NCBI GenBank assembly: GCA_964384235.1
Contig: CAYLJX010000001.1
Coordinates: forward strand, 86,792 to 150,791
Reading direction: 5' to 3'
Source: an uncultured Bdellovibrionales bacterium
GTDB taxonomy: Bacteria > Patescibacteriota > Minisyncoccia > Moranbacterales > UBA1568
DNA: 64,000 nt
The translations under genes and the position numbers were made by a program. Positions within the stretch are counted from its first letter, which is position 1, and the number at the start of each line of letters is the position of its first letter. Under the pieces are notes generated by a model. That model had not been told where the DNA came from, made no database searches, and saw only the letters and a list, made by a program, of their open reading frames with translations. Below, in pieces: positions 24,980 through 33,744 of the stretch.

Positions 24980-25777
24980 TTATTTGTTTTGGTTAATCTC
25001 CTTTTCGATGTCTTCCATATCTCGTACCCACGCGTCGAGCATGGAAGGACTGTCCGAACCCTGCGAGGCGGTCGGTGTTTCGTGAAGGGTGACGGTTTTC
25101 TTTTCCTCTTCCTCCTCCTCTTCGGAGACACCTTTCAGTCCGTGTTTCCACTGGTTGATGCTTTCGTTCTCTTCGGTCGCTTTGGAGAGGGAGGTCTGCC
25201 AGTCCTGGTGGGCGCCCTTCTGGAGGATGTTCTCGATGGCGGACCAGGAAGCCTCGAGGTCGCGGGGAACCACGACGGCCACTTCGTCTCCGGGGACGGC
25301 CTTGAAGTAGGTGATGGACGCGAGGAGGACGCGGTAGGGTTTGCCGTTCGCGACCACGTAGTAGTTGCCTGATTCGTCCTGGGTGACGATGCCGATGGCA
25401 TGTCGGCGCTCGACCGGTCCGATCTGCTTGTAGAGAAAGGTCCCGTCCTGGGTGATGGTGAGCTTGAGCATGTCGCCCTCGACGAGCTTGGACTTGGAAG
25501 CGTAGTTGGCCGGGACGGGATACTGTTTGCCGTCCGTGCCCATCATGATCTGTCCGTCAAAGGTACCTTCGACCACCGTGCCACCGGTCTCGTCGGTTTC
25601 GAACTTGCGCGGGCGACCGGACTTCTTCTTGCCTTCGAGCTGGAGGAGCATGGCCTTGGCGCTCTGGATGGTCTTCTCGGCATTGAGCACCATGTCGCGC
25701 AGCGCCTGGATCTTCTGGGTGCGCTCCGCTTCGTCATGAACTTCGGAATCAGGTTGGGTGTTGTTGTTCGGTGTCAT
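24980..25777 (-). CDS. Hypothetical protein with an N-terminal coiled coil, an AT-hook-like 'SGRPRK', and an acidic C-terminus
   Basis: 265-aa ORF; no family recognised. Confidence 0.45.
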   Translation of the reverse strand: MTPNNNTQPDSEVHDEAERTQKIQALRDMVLNAEKTIQSAKAMLLQLEGKKKSGRPRKFETDETGGTVVEGTFDGQIMMGTDGKQYPVPANYASKSKLVEGDMLKLTITQDGTFLYKQIGPVERRHAIGIVTQDESGNYYVVANGKPYRVLLASITYFKAVPGDEVAVVVPRDLEASWSAIENILQKGAHQDWQTSLSKATEENESINQWKHGLKGVSEEEEEEEKKTVTLHETPTASQGSDSPSMLDAWVRDMEDIEKEINQNK

Positions 25778-26009
25778 AGTTTTGTGCCTTCCAGGGGAGA
25801 ATTTTGTCCCTTTTGTGGAGAGGCGGTTTGGTTTTTGCTTTTGACGATGTAATTATACGTGATTTTTTTTCGACAAGCAAATGTATCACAAACCGCTCCC
25901 TATTTTTGTCAACGATTTCGCATAGTGTAATACGATATACATTTCTTTTTCGGTGCATATCCACATCTTGGTCAAAAACTCTTCTGCGGTTACAGGAAAA
26001 TCGTGACCC

Positions 26010-26039
26010 TTGACAAAATATCGGTTCGTGCGGTAATAT
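26010..26039 (+). promoter_or_regulatory. Sigma70-type promoter (TTGACA - 17/18 bp - TAATAT)
   Basis: 'cTTGACAaaatatcggttcgtgcggTAATATaac' upstream of the 26065 gene. Confidence 0.5.
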
Positions 26040-26064
26040 AACTTGTTGATAAATTCAATATTTT

Positions 26065-27126
26065 ATGGCACCCGCAACCCCGGAATCATCCGAAAACAAG
26101 CACTTTTCATTCATTGAGGCGCTCGAGGTATTCTTGGAGCGTCTGCCGGCACGTTCCCGCACGATCGTGGAGGCCCGTTTCGGTATCGGTGAGGGGAAGG
26201 ATCAGTCAACCCCCAAGACGCTCGAAGAAATCGGTAAAAGCTATGGCATCACGCGCGAGCGGGTACGCCAGGTTATCGGGAGCGCTCTCTCATCCCTTCG
26301 CAAGGAACAGGGACGTCCTGAGGTCAAAGCCGCCGAAGCCTACATCCAATCGACGCTTGAAAAGAAGAGTGGTATCATGGGAGCGGATGCGCTGCTTGAG
26401 ACGCTTGCCTCCGATGAGAGGGAGCGGGGGGCACTCCTCGTCTTTCTCGAATGTCTCTCCGGCGTGCGGTATGAGAAGCCGGCCAAGGACCGCGAGGCCG
26501 CGTATATGACGGAAGGGTTTTCCCTTACGGCGTGGCAGAAGGTCGCGGACACTGCCAAGAAGATCCTGGCGGAGAAAAAGGAATCACTCGACTCCGTGTC
26601 CCTTTTCGGTTCGTTTCGGAAGAGCGGGGGTTCACTCGACGAGACGGCTTTCTTCGACTACCTCTCCGTTTCCAAGGACGTGAAACGAAACGTCTTCGGT
26701 CAGTGGGGACTCTCGGGCTGGAACGACATCAAACCGCGCGGTACCCGGGAAAAGGCCTACCTCGTCCTCAAGACCAAGAAGAAGCCGCTTCACTTCCGCG
26801 AGATCGCCAGGCTCATCGATGAGTACGGCCTGCACGCCCGTACGCGCAAGAGCCATCCGCAGACCGTCCACAACGAGCTCATCAAGGACAAACGGTTCGT
26901 CCTCGTCGGTCGCGGCATCTACGCGCTCGCCGAGTGGGGATACAAGAAGGGCACGGTCAAGGAAGTCGTCGAAGAGATCCTGCGCGGTGCCAAGGAGCCG
27001 ATGTCCCGTGAGACGATTCTCGATCGCGTGCTCAAGGTCCGCAAGGTCAAGAAGTCGACCGTCATCATCAATCTGAACATGTTTTTCTCCCGGGTCGGCA
27101 AAGACACATATACTATCAGGAAGTAA
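26065..27126 (+). CDS. Sigma-70 region-4-like HTH followed by a HARE-HTH winged-helix domain; putative transcription regulator
   Basis: 'TLEEIGKSYGITRERVRQV' is a sigma70 region 4.2 HTH. The C-terminal 'HFREIARLIDEYGL...HPQTVHNELIKDKRFVLVGRGIYALAEWGY' resembles the HARE-HTH of RNAP delta / RpoE-N. Confidence 0.55.
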   Translation: MAPATPESSENKHFSFIEALEVFLERLPARSRTIVEARFGIGEGKDQSTPKTLEEIGKSYGITRERVRQVIGSALSSLRKEQGRPEVKAAEAYIQSTLEKKSGIMGADALLETLASDERERGALLVFLECLSGVRYEKPAKDREAAYMTEGFSLTAWQKVADTAKKILAEKKESLDSVSLFGSFRKSGGSLDETAFFDYLSVSKDVKRNVFGQWGLSGWNDIKPRGTREKAYLVLKTKKKPLHFREIARLIDEYGLHARTRKSHPQTVHNELIKDKRFVLVGRGIYALAEWGYKKGTVKEVVEEILRGAKEPMSRETILDRVLKVRKVKKSTVIINLNMFFSRVGKDTYTIRK

Positions 27127-27178
27127 CGGGCATTGTTCGGAAAGGGGGTCAAAATACAAAAAATCTTTCAGAAGAAAT

Positions 27179-28474
27179 ATGTTCTCAGGTCTCCTGGACA
27201 TTTTTGCGAAGATGGGAACGATTCTCTCGGCCGTACTGGATGTCTGGTTTCTCATCTTTCCTCCCTTGCTGTATTTTCTTTTCAAGACGCTCTGGATGCA
27301 GTACGTCTGGGGCAAGTATGCCTCGACCCTCAAGTGGGTGATGCTCGAGATCATCCCGCCGCGCGACATAGAGAAGGGGCCGCTCCCGATGGAGTCGATT
27401 TTCGCGGGGCTCGCCGGTGTCGTCAAGAGTTCCAATACCGCCGAAGAGATGATCAAGGGTGAGTTCCCGACATCCTTCAGTCTCGAGATCGTGAGCATGG
27501 AGGGGAAGGTGCGGTTCTTCGTCCGGACGCAGTCCGGTTTCCGCAACCTGGTGGAGGCGCAGTTCTACGCCCACTATCCCGACATCGAGATCGTCGAGGT
27601 ACCGGATTACGTCTTCGATGTTCCCAAGACCGTTCCCAACAAGGAGTGGGACCTTTGGGGCGCGGACCTCGTACTGGTCAAGGATGACCTCTATCCCATC
27701 CGGACGTACAAATATTTCGAGGAATCGGTCACCGGCAAGATGGTCGATCCGCTCGCGAGCGTCCTCGAGACCATGGGCAAGGCCGGCCCGGGTCAGTTCA
27801 TGTGGCTGCAGATGATCACTACGCCCTTCAGTGAGAAGTGGTACAAGACCGGCCAGGTGACCGTCGACGAGTTTCTCGGCAAGGTCAAGGAGAAGCCGGT
27901 CGGTGTCCTCACGCGCCTCCTGCAGGAAATCTGGGATATCATCGGGAATATCGGAAAAGGCATCATGGGCAAGGAAATCGAGTTCACGGCCGGGGCGACC
28001 GCGGAGAAGAAAGAGGAGCAGCCGGTGGAATTCCGTCTCACGCCGGGCGAGAAAGACGTCCTCAAGGCCCTCCAGTCCAATCTTGCCAAGCAGCAGTTCC
28101 GGATGCGCATGCGCTACGTCTATGTGGCCCGCCGCGACGTGTTCAGCAAGCCGTTCGGTGTCTCCGGTTTCTTCGGCGCGCTCAAGCAGTTCAACGACCA
28201 GAACCTCAACAGCTTCAAACCCGAGGACGGCTCCAAGACGGATGCCAAGTATCTCTGGGTCGAAGAGCGCATGCGGTACCGCCAGCGTCGTATCTTCCGT
28301 CGGTACATCACCCGCGACACCGATCCGCAGAGTACCCGCTTTCTCCTGAGTTCGGAGGAGCTCGCCACGATCTTTCATATGCCGGATATGTCGGTGGTCG
28401 CTCCGACCATGGCCCGTGTCATGGCCAAGCGTGGCGGAGCGCCTGCCAATCTCCCGGTTCAAGACTTTGAGTAG
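27179..28474 (+). CDS. Hypothetical membrane-anchored protein (2 N-terminal TM helices plus a large soluble domain), partner of the downstream ATPase
   Basis: 431 aa; hydrophobic segments 'ILSAVLDVWFLIFPPLLYFLF'. No family recognised. A short gap of ~40 nt separates it from the next gene. Confidence 0.5.
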   Translation: MFSGLLDIFAKMGTILSAVLDVWFLIFPPLLYFLFKTLWMQYVWGKYASTLKWVMLEIIPPRDIEKGPLPMESIFAGLAGVVKSSNTAEEMIKGEFPTSFSLEIVSMEGKVRFFVRTQSGFRNLVEAQFYAHYPDIEIVEVPDYVFDVPKTVPNKEWDLWGADLVLVKDDLYPIRTYKYFEESVTGKMVDPLASVLETMGKAGPGQFMWLQMITTPFSEKWYKTGQVTVDEFLGKVKEKPVGVLTRLLQEIWDIIGNIGKGIMGKEIEFTAGATAEKKEEQPVEFRLTPGEKDVLKALQSNLAKQQFRMRMRYVYVARRDVFSKPFGVSGFFGALKQFNDQNLNSFKPEDGSKTDAKYLWVEERMRYRQRRIFRRYITRDTDPQSTRFLLSSEELATIFHMPDMSVVAPTMARVMAKRGGAPANLPVQDFE

Positions 28475-28514
28475 GATATTTGCGGAGTTTCTCGATATTC
28501 AATACCATTAAGGT

Positions 28515-30542
28515 ATGACTACCCAGTCCGATATCACATTTTTCGCCAAGACGAACTTCCGCAATCAGGAGCGGACGTTCGGTATCAAGACCGACGACCG
28601 ACGACGTCATATGTACGTCATCGGCAAGACCGGCATGGGCAAGACCAACCTCCTGGAGAACCTGGCCATCCAGGATATACAGAAGGGACACGGCATCGCC
28701 TTCATCGATCCGCACGGTGACACCGCGGAAAAGCTCATACGGGCGATTCCCGCGAGCCGCATCAACGACGTCATCTATTTCAATCCGGCCGACCAGGACT
28801 TTCCGATCGCCTTCAACGTGATGGAGAAGGTGAGTCCCGAGTACCGCCACCTGGTCGCTTCGGGTCTCGTCGGTGTCTTCAAGAAGCTCTGGGCTGACTC
28901 GTGGGGTCCGCGGCTCGAATACATTCTCCGAAACGCCATCATCGCGCTCCTCGAATACCCGGGTTCGACCCTTCTCGGCGTGACACGCATCCTCGTCGAT
29001 AAGTCCTACCGTGACCGCGTCGTGGAAAAGATCTCCGATCCGGTGGTGCGCTCCTTCTGGGTGGACGAGTTTTCCAAGTGGGACCCGCGCGTCCTTCAGG
29101 AAGTCATCTCGCCGATCCAGAACAAGGTCGGTCAGTTCCTCTCGAGCGCTCTCATCCGCAACATCGTCGGTCAGACGGTGTCGTCCTTCGACGTGCGCAC
29201 GATCATGGACGAGCGCAAGATCCTCATCATGAACCTCTCCAAGGGCCGCATCGGTGAGGACAACAGCGCACTCCTTGGCGCCATGATGATCACCAAGATC
29301 CAGCTCGCAGCCATGGGGCGTGTCGATATGCCGGAGGAGGAACGCAAGGACTTTTACCTCTATGTCGACGAGTTCCAGAACTTCGCGACGGAATCCTTCG
29401 CCAATATCCTCTCCGAGGCCCGCAAGTACCGCCTCAACCTCGTGCTCGCCAACCAGTACATCACGCAGATCGACGAGAAAGTGCGCGATGCCATCTTTGG
29501 AAACGCCGGGACACTCGTATCGTTCCGCGTGGGCGCCATGGACGCCGAAGCGCTCGAGAAGGAGTTCGAGCCGGTCTTCATGATGAACGATATCGTCAAT
29601 CTGCCGAAGTATCAGATCTACCTCAAGCTCATGATCGACGGTATCGCGGGGGACGCCTTCAGTGCGACGACTTTGCCGCCCATCGCGCTCCAGGATGGGG
29701 GTAACGAGGAAAAGATCATCCGGATTTCCCGCGAGCGCTATGCGACATCCAAGGCGGATGTGGAAGAAAAGATCCGCCGCTGGAGCGGCATGCTCACGCC
29801 GGAGGAAAAAGCGGCGCTCATCGAGACGGTGCAGAGTCCTCGTCCGAGACAGGAGGCACCCAGAAGGATGTCCGAAGAAAGTTTCCGGTCACCTCGTCCC
29901 GAGAGGAAAAACGCACCGCAGACTCCGATGACTCCTCGACCTCAGGCTGCTCCGAAGACCGTGCCGGTCGAAAAGCCTCAGGCGGAAGAGCGTGTCGAAA
30001 CAGGTACCCCGAAAGTTCAGCCGGAAGAACCGGCTCGTCCTGAACCAATTGAAGAAAAAACCGTTTCTCAGGAGACCGAGGAAAGAGTCGAAGAGATTTC
30101 CGGACAGGAGACTCATACGCGACCGCTCCCGGAAGAAGGGAAGCAGGAAGAACGACCGATGTACGCGGCGGTCTGCGCTTCCTGCGGGACCGAGATCGAG
30201 GTGCCGTTCAGGCCCGATGGCAAGCGCCCGACCTTCTGCAAGGACTGCCTGCGGGATTACCAGCGCGCCACTGCCAAGGTTCGTCGCGAGGTCGAAACCA
30301 AGCAGGCACCGGTCTCGCAACCTTCTGTCCAGCGATCATCACAACCGACCGATGTTCCTCCTCGTCCCCGCAAACAGGTGGTGAGGAGTACCTACGTGTC
30401 CGATCAGTCTCCCATCTCGCTTTCCCAGGTACAGCACATCGAGCCCAAGAAATTCAAAGCGCTCAAGAAGCGCCCCAGTGTCAATCTTGACGAGATTCGC
30501 GCGCTCCTCGACGATGCGAAGAAGAAGAACGATGCCGAATGA
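28515..30542 (+). CDS. VirD4/TraD/TrwB-like (type IV coupling protein) or HerA/FtsK-fold P-loop ATPase with a C-terminal CxxC...CxxC zinc ribbon
   Basis: Walker A 'VIGKTGMGKTN', 'IAFIDPHGD', 'IYFNP', 'LYVDEFQNFA', 'EARKYRLNLVLANQYITQID', 'GNAGTLVSFRVG'. Then a long linker and 'CASCGTEIEVPFRPDGKRPTFCKDC'. Confidence 0.65.
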   Translation: MTTQSDITFFAKTNFRNQERTFGIKTDDRRRHMYVIGKTGMGKTNLLENLAIQDIQKGHGIAFIDPHGDTAEKLIRAIPASRINDVIYFNPADQDFPIAFNVMEKVSPEYRHLVASGLVGVFKKLWADSWGPRLEYILRNAIIALLEYPGSTLLGVTRILVDKSYRDRVVEKISDPVVRSFWVDEFSKWDPRVLQEVISPIQNKVGQFLSSALIRNIVGQTVSSFDVRTIMDERKILIMNLSKGRIGEDNSALLGAMMITKIQLAAMGRVDMPEEERKDFYLYVDEFQNFATESFANILSEARKYRLNLVLANQYITQIDEKVRDAIFGNAGTLVSFRVGAMDAEALEKEFEPVFMMNDIVNLPKYQIYLKLMIDGIAGDAFSATTLPPIALQDGGNEEKIIRISRERYATSKADVEEKIRRWSGMLTPEEKAALIETVQSPRPRQEAPRRMSEESFRSPRPERKNAPQTPMTPRPQAAPKTVPVEKPQAEERVETGTPKVQPEEPARPEPIEEKTVSQETEERVEEISGQETHTRPLPEEGKQEERPMYAAVCASCGTEIEVPFRPDGKRPTFCKDCLRDYQRATAKVRREVETKQAPVSQPSVQRSSQPTDVPPRPRKQVVRSTYVSDQSPISLSQVQHIEPKKFKALKKRPSVNLDEIRALLDDAKKKNDAE

Positions 30543-30558
30543 CGGCAGGGTAAAAATC

Positions 30559-30568
30559 TGATACACTG
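30559..30568 (+). promoter_or_regulatory. Extended -10 promoter (TGaTACACT). The predicted start site is about at the ATG, giving a leaderless mRNA.
   Basis: The 14-mer 'tctgatacactgaa' is identical to the one at 56907-56920. TACACT is also the -10 of the rplJ promoter. Confidence 0.4.
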
Positions 30569-30574
30569 AACATC

Positions 30575-30685
30575 ATGAGTTTCAAGAAATGGCACAAACG
30601 AGCGTACGCCTTCTGGGTGGTGATTTCCGTTCTGGTAGCGATCTCGATGGTCGCGTTCCTGTTCGCGCCGTTCTTCATGTATTAG
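30575..30685 (+). CDS. Putative 36-aa single-TM small protein (MSFKKWHKRAYAFWVVISVLVAISMVAFLFAPFFMY)
   Basis: ATG 7 nt after the extended -10, with a hydrophobic core. It is under 60 aa, so it is absent from the ORF track. Confidence 0.3.
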   Translation: MSFKKWHKRAYAFWVVISVLVAISMVAFLFAPFFMY

Positions 30686-30692
30686 CGCCCAT

Positions 30693-31115
30693 ATGACTGG
30701 AGGCAAGCTTCTTGTCCGGGGAGTGATCGGAGGAGTGATCGTCCTGGTCGCCTGGGTGGCCTATGCTTCCTCCAAACAGATCGAACGGAACAAGGGTATC
30801 GAGAAGGAAGTGGCCGCGCTCCAGGCCGAAGCCGACAAGATCCGCCGGGAAAACGAGACCCTTTCCGAAAAGATCAGTTATTTTTCCTCATCGTCCTTTC
30901 AGGAACAGGAAGCCAAGAAGAAGCTCGGACTGCGGAAAGCCGATGAAAACGTCGCCGTGATACAGCCCCGGACAGTCGTGGAAGAAGAAAAGAACGAGGA
31001 ACAAACGACCATGGCCGGAGCCTCGTCTGCCGGCACGAGAGACCGGGACCATCTGCCGAATTACCGGAAGTGGTGGGAGAGATTTTTTTCGAATGAACAA
31101 GGAAAAGATATATGA
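30693..31115 (+). CDS. FtsB/DivIC/FtsL-family septum formation initiator
   Basis: N-terminal TM followed by the coiled coil 'KEVAALQAEADKIRRENETLSEKI', the typical architecture. Confidence 0.55.
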   Translation: MTGGKLLVRGVIGGVIVLVAWVAYASSKQIERNKGIEKEVAALQAEADKIRRENETLSEKISYFSSSSFQEQEAKKKLGLRKADENVAVIQPRTVVEEEKNEEQTTMAGASSAGTRDRDHLPNYRKWWERFFSNEQGKDI

Positions 31116-32161
31116 CGGAAACAGCGAAACAAGGAGCGAGGCGGATCAAATGGGGAACGATCGGACTCCTGGGACTTGTCGTCATCGGGGTGCTGTTCAT
31201 CGCGACCCTGGTCATGGTGTACGCGCTGCCGCGGTCGCAGGCTGAGAGCGTCGTGAACCGGTTCCCATACCCTGTCGCGGTCATCGGGTATCGTGAGGCT
31301 GTCACCCATCGGACACTCTCTGCCAATCTCGCGTCGGTCAGGAGTTTTTATGAGAATCAGGATTTTTCCAAGATCGGCATGCGTGTCGATTTCACCACCG
31401 AGGAAGGACAGAAGCGTCTCAAGGTGCGCGAGAAGGAGGTCCTCAACAAGATGATCGAGGACAAGGCGATCATGCTCCTCGCCAAGGAGCGAGGTATCCG
31501 GGTGAGCGACGAGAGCGTCCGTGAGGGGCTCCGGCGCAAGCTCGAAGAGTACGGCAGCGGGGAAGAAGTGAAAAAGAGCCTGGCTCGTCTGTATGGCTGG
31601 ACACTCTCCGATTTCGAGGAAAAAGTGGTCCTGCCGAGTCTCTACGAGGAAAAACTCCGCGAAAGTTTTCTCAAAGAAACTGACAATTCCAAGGCTGAAG
31701 ACAAGATCCGTTCCGCCCAGGAAGCGCTTCGTGGCGGCATGACGTTCGAGGATGTAGCGAAAAAATATTCAGAGGGAAAAACGGCCGATGAGGGAGGGGA
31801 ACTCGGATGGTATCGTCTCGGCGATCTGACACCCGAACTCCAGAAAGCCGTCGCGGCGCAGAAGAGTGGTGTGGCGGGGGATGTCGTGGAAAGCGACCTC
31901 GGTTTCCATATCGTCCTCGTCGAGGAGGTCAAGAAAGAGCAGGACACGTCGCTCTACCGACTGCGCCAGATTTTCATGAAGAAAACGATGTTCGCGGATT
32001 GGCTCTCGGAAAAGATGCGGCAGGTGTCCATCTTCATCCTTTCGCCCGAATACCGCTGGAATGCCGACGAGGCCCGGGCGGAATTCCGTGACAAACAGAT
32101 GATCGAATTCGAAAAGGAACTTTTCGAGAAAGCTCAGGGCGACGCGTCCTTTTTCTTCTAA
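31112..32161 (+). CDS. PpiC-type (parvulin) peptidyl-prolyl isomerase, PrsA/SurA-like, membrane-anchored
   Basis: N-terminal TM; parvulin domain 'GMTFEDVAKKYSEGKTADEGGELGWYRLGDLTPELQKAV...GFHIVLVEEV'. Confidence 0.75.
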   Translation: MTETAKQGARRIKWGTIGLLGLVVIGVLFIATLVMVYALPRSQAESVVNRFPYPVAVIGYREAVTHRTLSANLASVRSFYENQDFSKIGMRVDFTTEEGQKRLKVREKEVLNKMIEDKAIMLLAKERGIRVSDESVREGLRRKLEEYGSGEEVKKSLARLYGWTLSDFEEKVVLPSLYEEKLRESFLKETDNSKAEDKIRSAQEALRGGMTFEDVAKKYSEGKTADEGGELGWYRLGDLTPELQKAVAAQKSGVAGDVVESDLGFHIVLVEEVKKEQDTSLYRLRQIFMKKTMFADWLSEKMRQVSIFILSPEYRWNADEARAEFRDKQMIEFEKELFEKAQGDASFFF

Positions 32162-32212
32162 GCGTCGTATCTGTAGAAGGAGCTGATCATGGAGTTTTCT
32201 TTCTTCTTTTCC

Positions 32213-32393
32213 CTTCGAACGGAAGGCAAAGATTCCTTTTCGGAGTCTTGAAGATCCGAAAGCGGGCATGGTTCCGACTGACAAGGAGGAGAGTGAAGGA
32301 GCTTCAGGAGTGAGGGTGCACGCCTGCCCGCAGTGCTACAGCGTTGCAGGCGGGCCGGGCAACCGAGCGACTCCGAAAAGGGAGACTTTGCCT
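32213..32393 (+). repeat. MITE-like structured repeat, copy 1 (~180 bp; terminal inverted repeats TTTCGGAGTC / GACTCCGAAA)
   Basis: About 85% identical to the reverse complement of 44742-44898. Differs by a 25-30 bp internal indel ('ctgcccgcagtgctacagcgttgcaggcgg'). Confidence 0.6.
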
Positions 32394-32441
32394 GAAGAGA
32401 GTTGTACTAAAACGGGTAATCACTCTTAAAGTATCAATATC

Positions 32442-33728
32442 ATGGAAACACTTGAACCGATGCCGACAACCTCGCAAGAGACACCGAAACAGGAAAAGCG
32501 GATTTCCCGGGGACAGTACTTCGGGATGGTCGCGATCGCCCTCGTTTTCGGGTTCCTCGGAGGACTGATCGCACCCCGTCTTTCAGGGCTGTCCGATTTT
32601 CCCTTTCAACCCAAGAAAAAACAGGAAGTGAGACAGGAGACCGGGACGACTATCACGCCGCCCGTCTCGCTGGTGGCCGAGGATGATGCCGTCGTGAACG
32701 TCGTCGAGAAGAACTCGCCAGCCGTGGTGAGTATCGTCATCACCAAGGACGTGCCGCAGGTGCGCCGGTTCTTCAATACTCCCTTCGGCAACGGCTTCCC
32801 GTTCTTCAGTGATCCCTTTCAGAACGAGGATACTCAGGGAAACGGCAGGGGAGAGACACAGAAGCGGCAGGTCGGTTCCGGTTCAGGCTTCTTCGTTTCT
32901 TCCGACGGTCTCGTTGTGACCAACAAGCACGTGGCCTCCGACACCCAGGCCGATTACACGGTCATCACCACCGACGGCAAGGAATACCCGGCCAAGGTGC
33001 TCGCCCGCGATCCCAACAATGACATCGCCGTGCTCAAGGTGGAGGGCAAAGATTTCCCGGCACTCTCACTCGGTGATTCCGACGTGGTGAGGGTCGGTCA
33101 GACCGCCATCGTCATCGGTAACCCCTTGGGTGAGTTTGCCAACTCCGTTTCGCGCGGCATCATCTCGGGACTCAAGCGCAGTGTCACGGCCGGATCCGGC
33201 TTCGGCGATGAGGAGAAGCTCACCGGTATCATCCAGACGGACGCGGCCATCAATCCCGGCAACTCCGGCGGCCCGCTCCTCAACATTTCCGGGCAGGTCA
33301 TCGGCGTGAACGTCGCCATGGCACAGGGCGCGGAGAACATCGGTTTCGCTCTCCCTATCAATCAGGTCAAGCGCATCGTCGAACAGGTCCGCACCACCGG
33401 CAAGATCACCACGCCGTACATCGGTGTCCGCTATGTCCTCCTCAATGACGAGATCCAGAAGGAAAACAATCTCCCATACAACTACGGTGCGCTGGTGCTT
33501 CGTGGGCAGAATATGACGGACTTCGCGGTCATCCCGGGCTCGCCGGCCGACAAGGCGGGCATCGTCGAGAACGACGTCATCCTCGAGATCGGCGGCACCA
33601 AGGTGGACGAGGAACACCCCCTCGGCAACCTCATCGCCGAGCACAACGTCGGCGACGAGATCACGCTCAAACTCTGGCACAAAGGCGACACGAAGGACGT
33701 CAAAGTGAAACTAGAGGAGAGAAAGTGA
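32442..33728 (+). CDS. HtrA/DegP-family serine protease (S1C) with a PDZ domain, membrane-anchored
   Basis: 'GSGFFVSSDGLVVTNKHV' (His), 'DIAVLKV' (Asp), 'TDAAINPGNSGGPLLN' (Ser), and a C-terminal PDZ 'GSPADKAGIVENDVILEIGG'. Confidence 0.85.
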   Translation: METLEPMPTTSQETPKQEKRISRGQYFGMVAIALVFGFLGGLIAPRLSGLSDFPFQPKKKQEVRQETGTTITPPVSLVAEDDAVVNVVEKNSPAVVSIVITKDVPQVRRFFNTPFGNGFPFFSDPFQNEDTQGNGRGETQKRQVGSGSGFFVSSDGLVVTNKHVASDTQADYTVITTDGKEYPAKVLARDPNNDIAVLKVEGKDFPALSLGDSDVVRVGQTAIVIGNPLGEFANSVSRGIISGLKRSVTAGSGFGDEEKLTGIIQTDAAINPGNSGGPLLNISGQVIGVNVAMAQGAENIGFALPINQVKRIVEQVRTTGKITTPYIGVRYVLLNDEIQKENNLPYNYGALVLRGQNMTDFAVIPGSPADKAGIVENDVILEIGGTKVDEEHPLGNLIAEHNVGDEITLKLWHKGDTKDVKVKLEERK

Positions 33729-33744
33729 CATTGCCTTAGCAATG

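Noticed and set aside
27185-28462. 425-aa minus-strand ORF
   Set aside because: Antisense to the 27179-28474 membrane-protein gene, which has the expected hydrophobic N-terminus and operon context. The antisense frame is R/G/E low-complexity.
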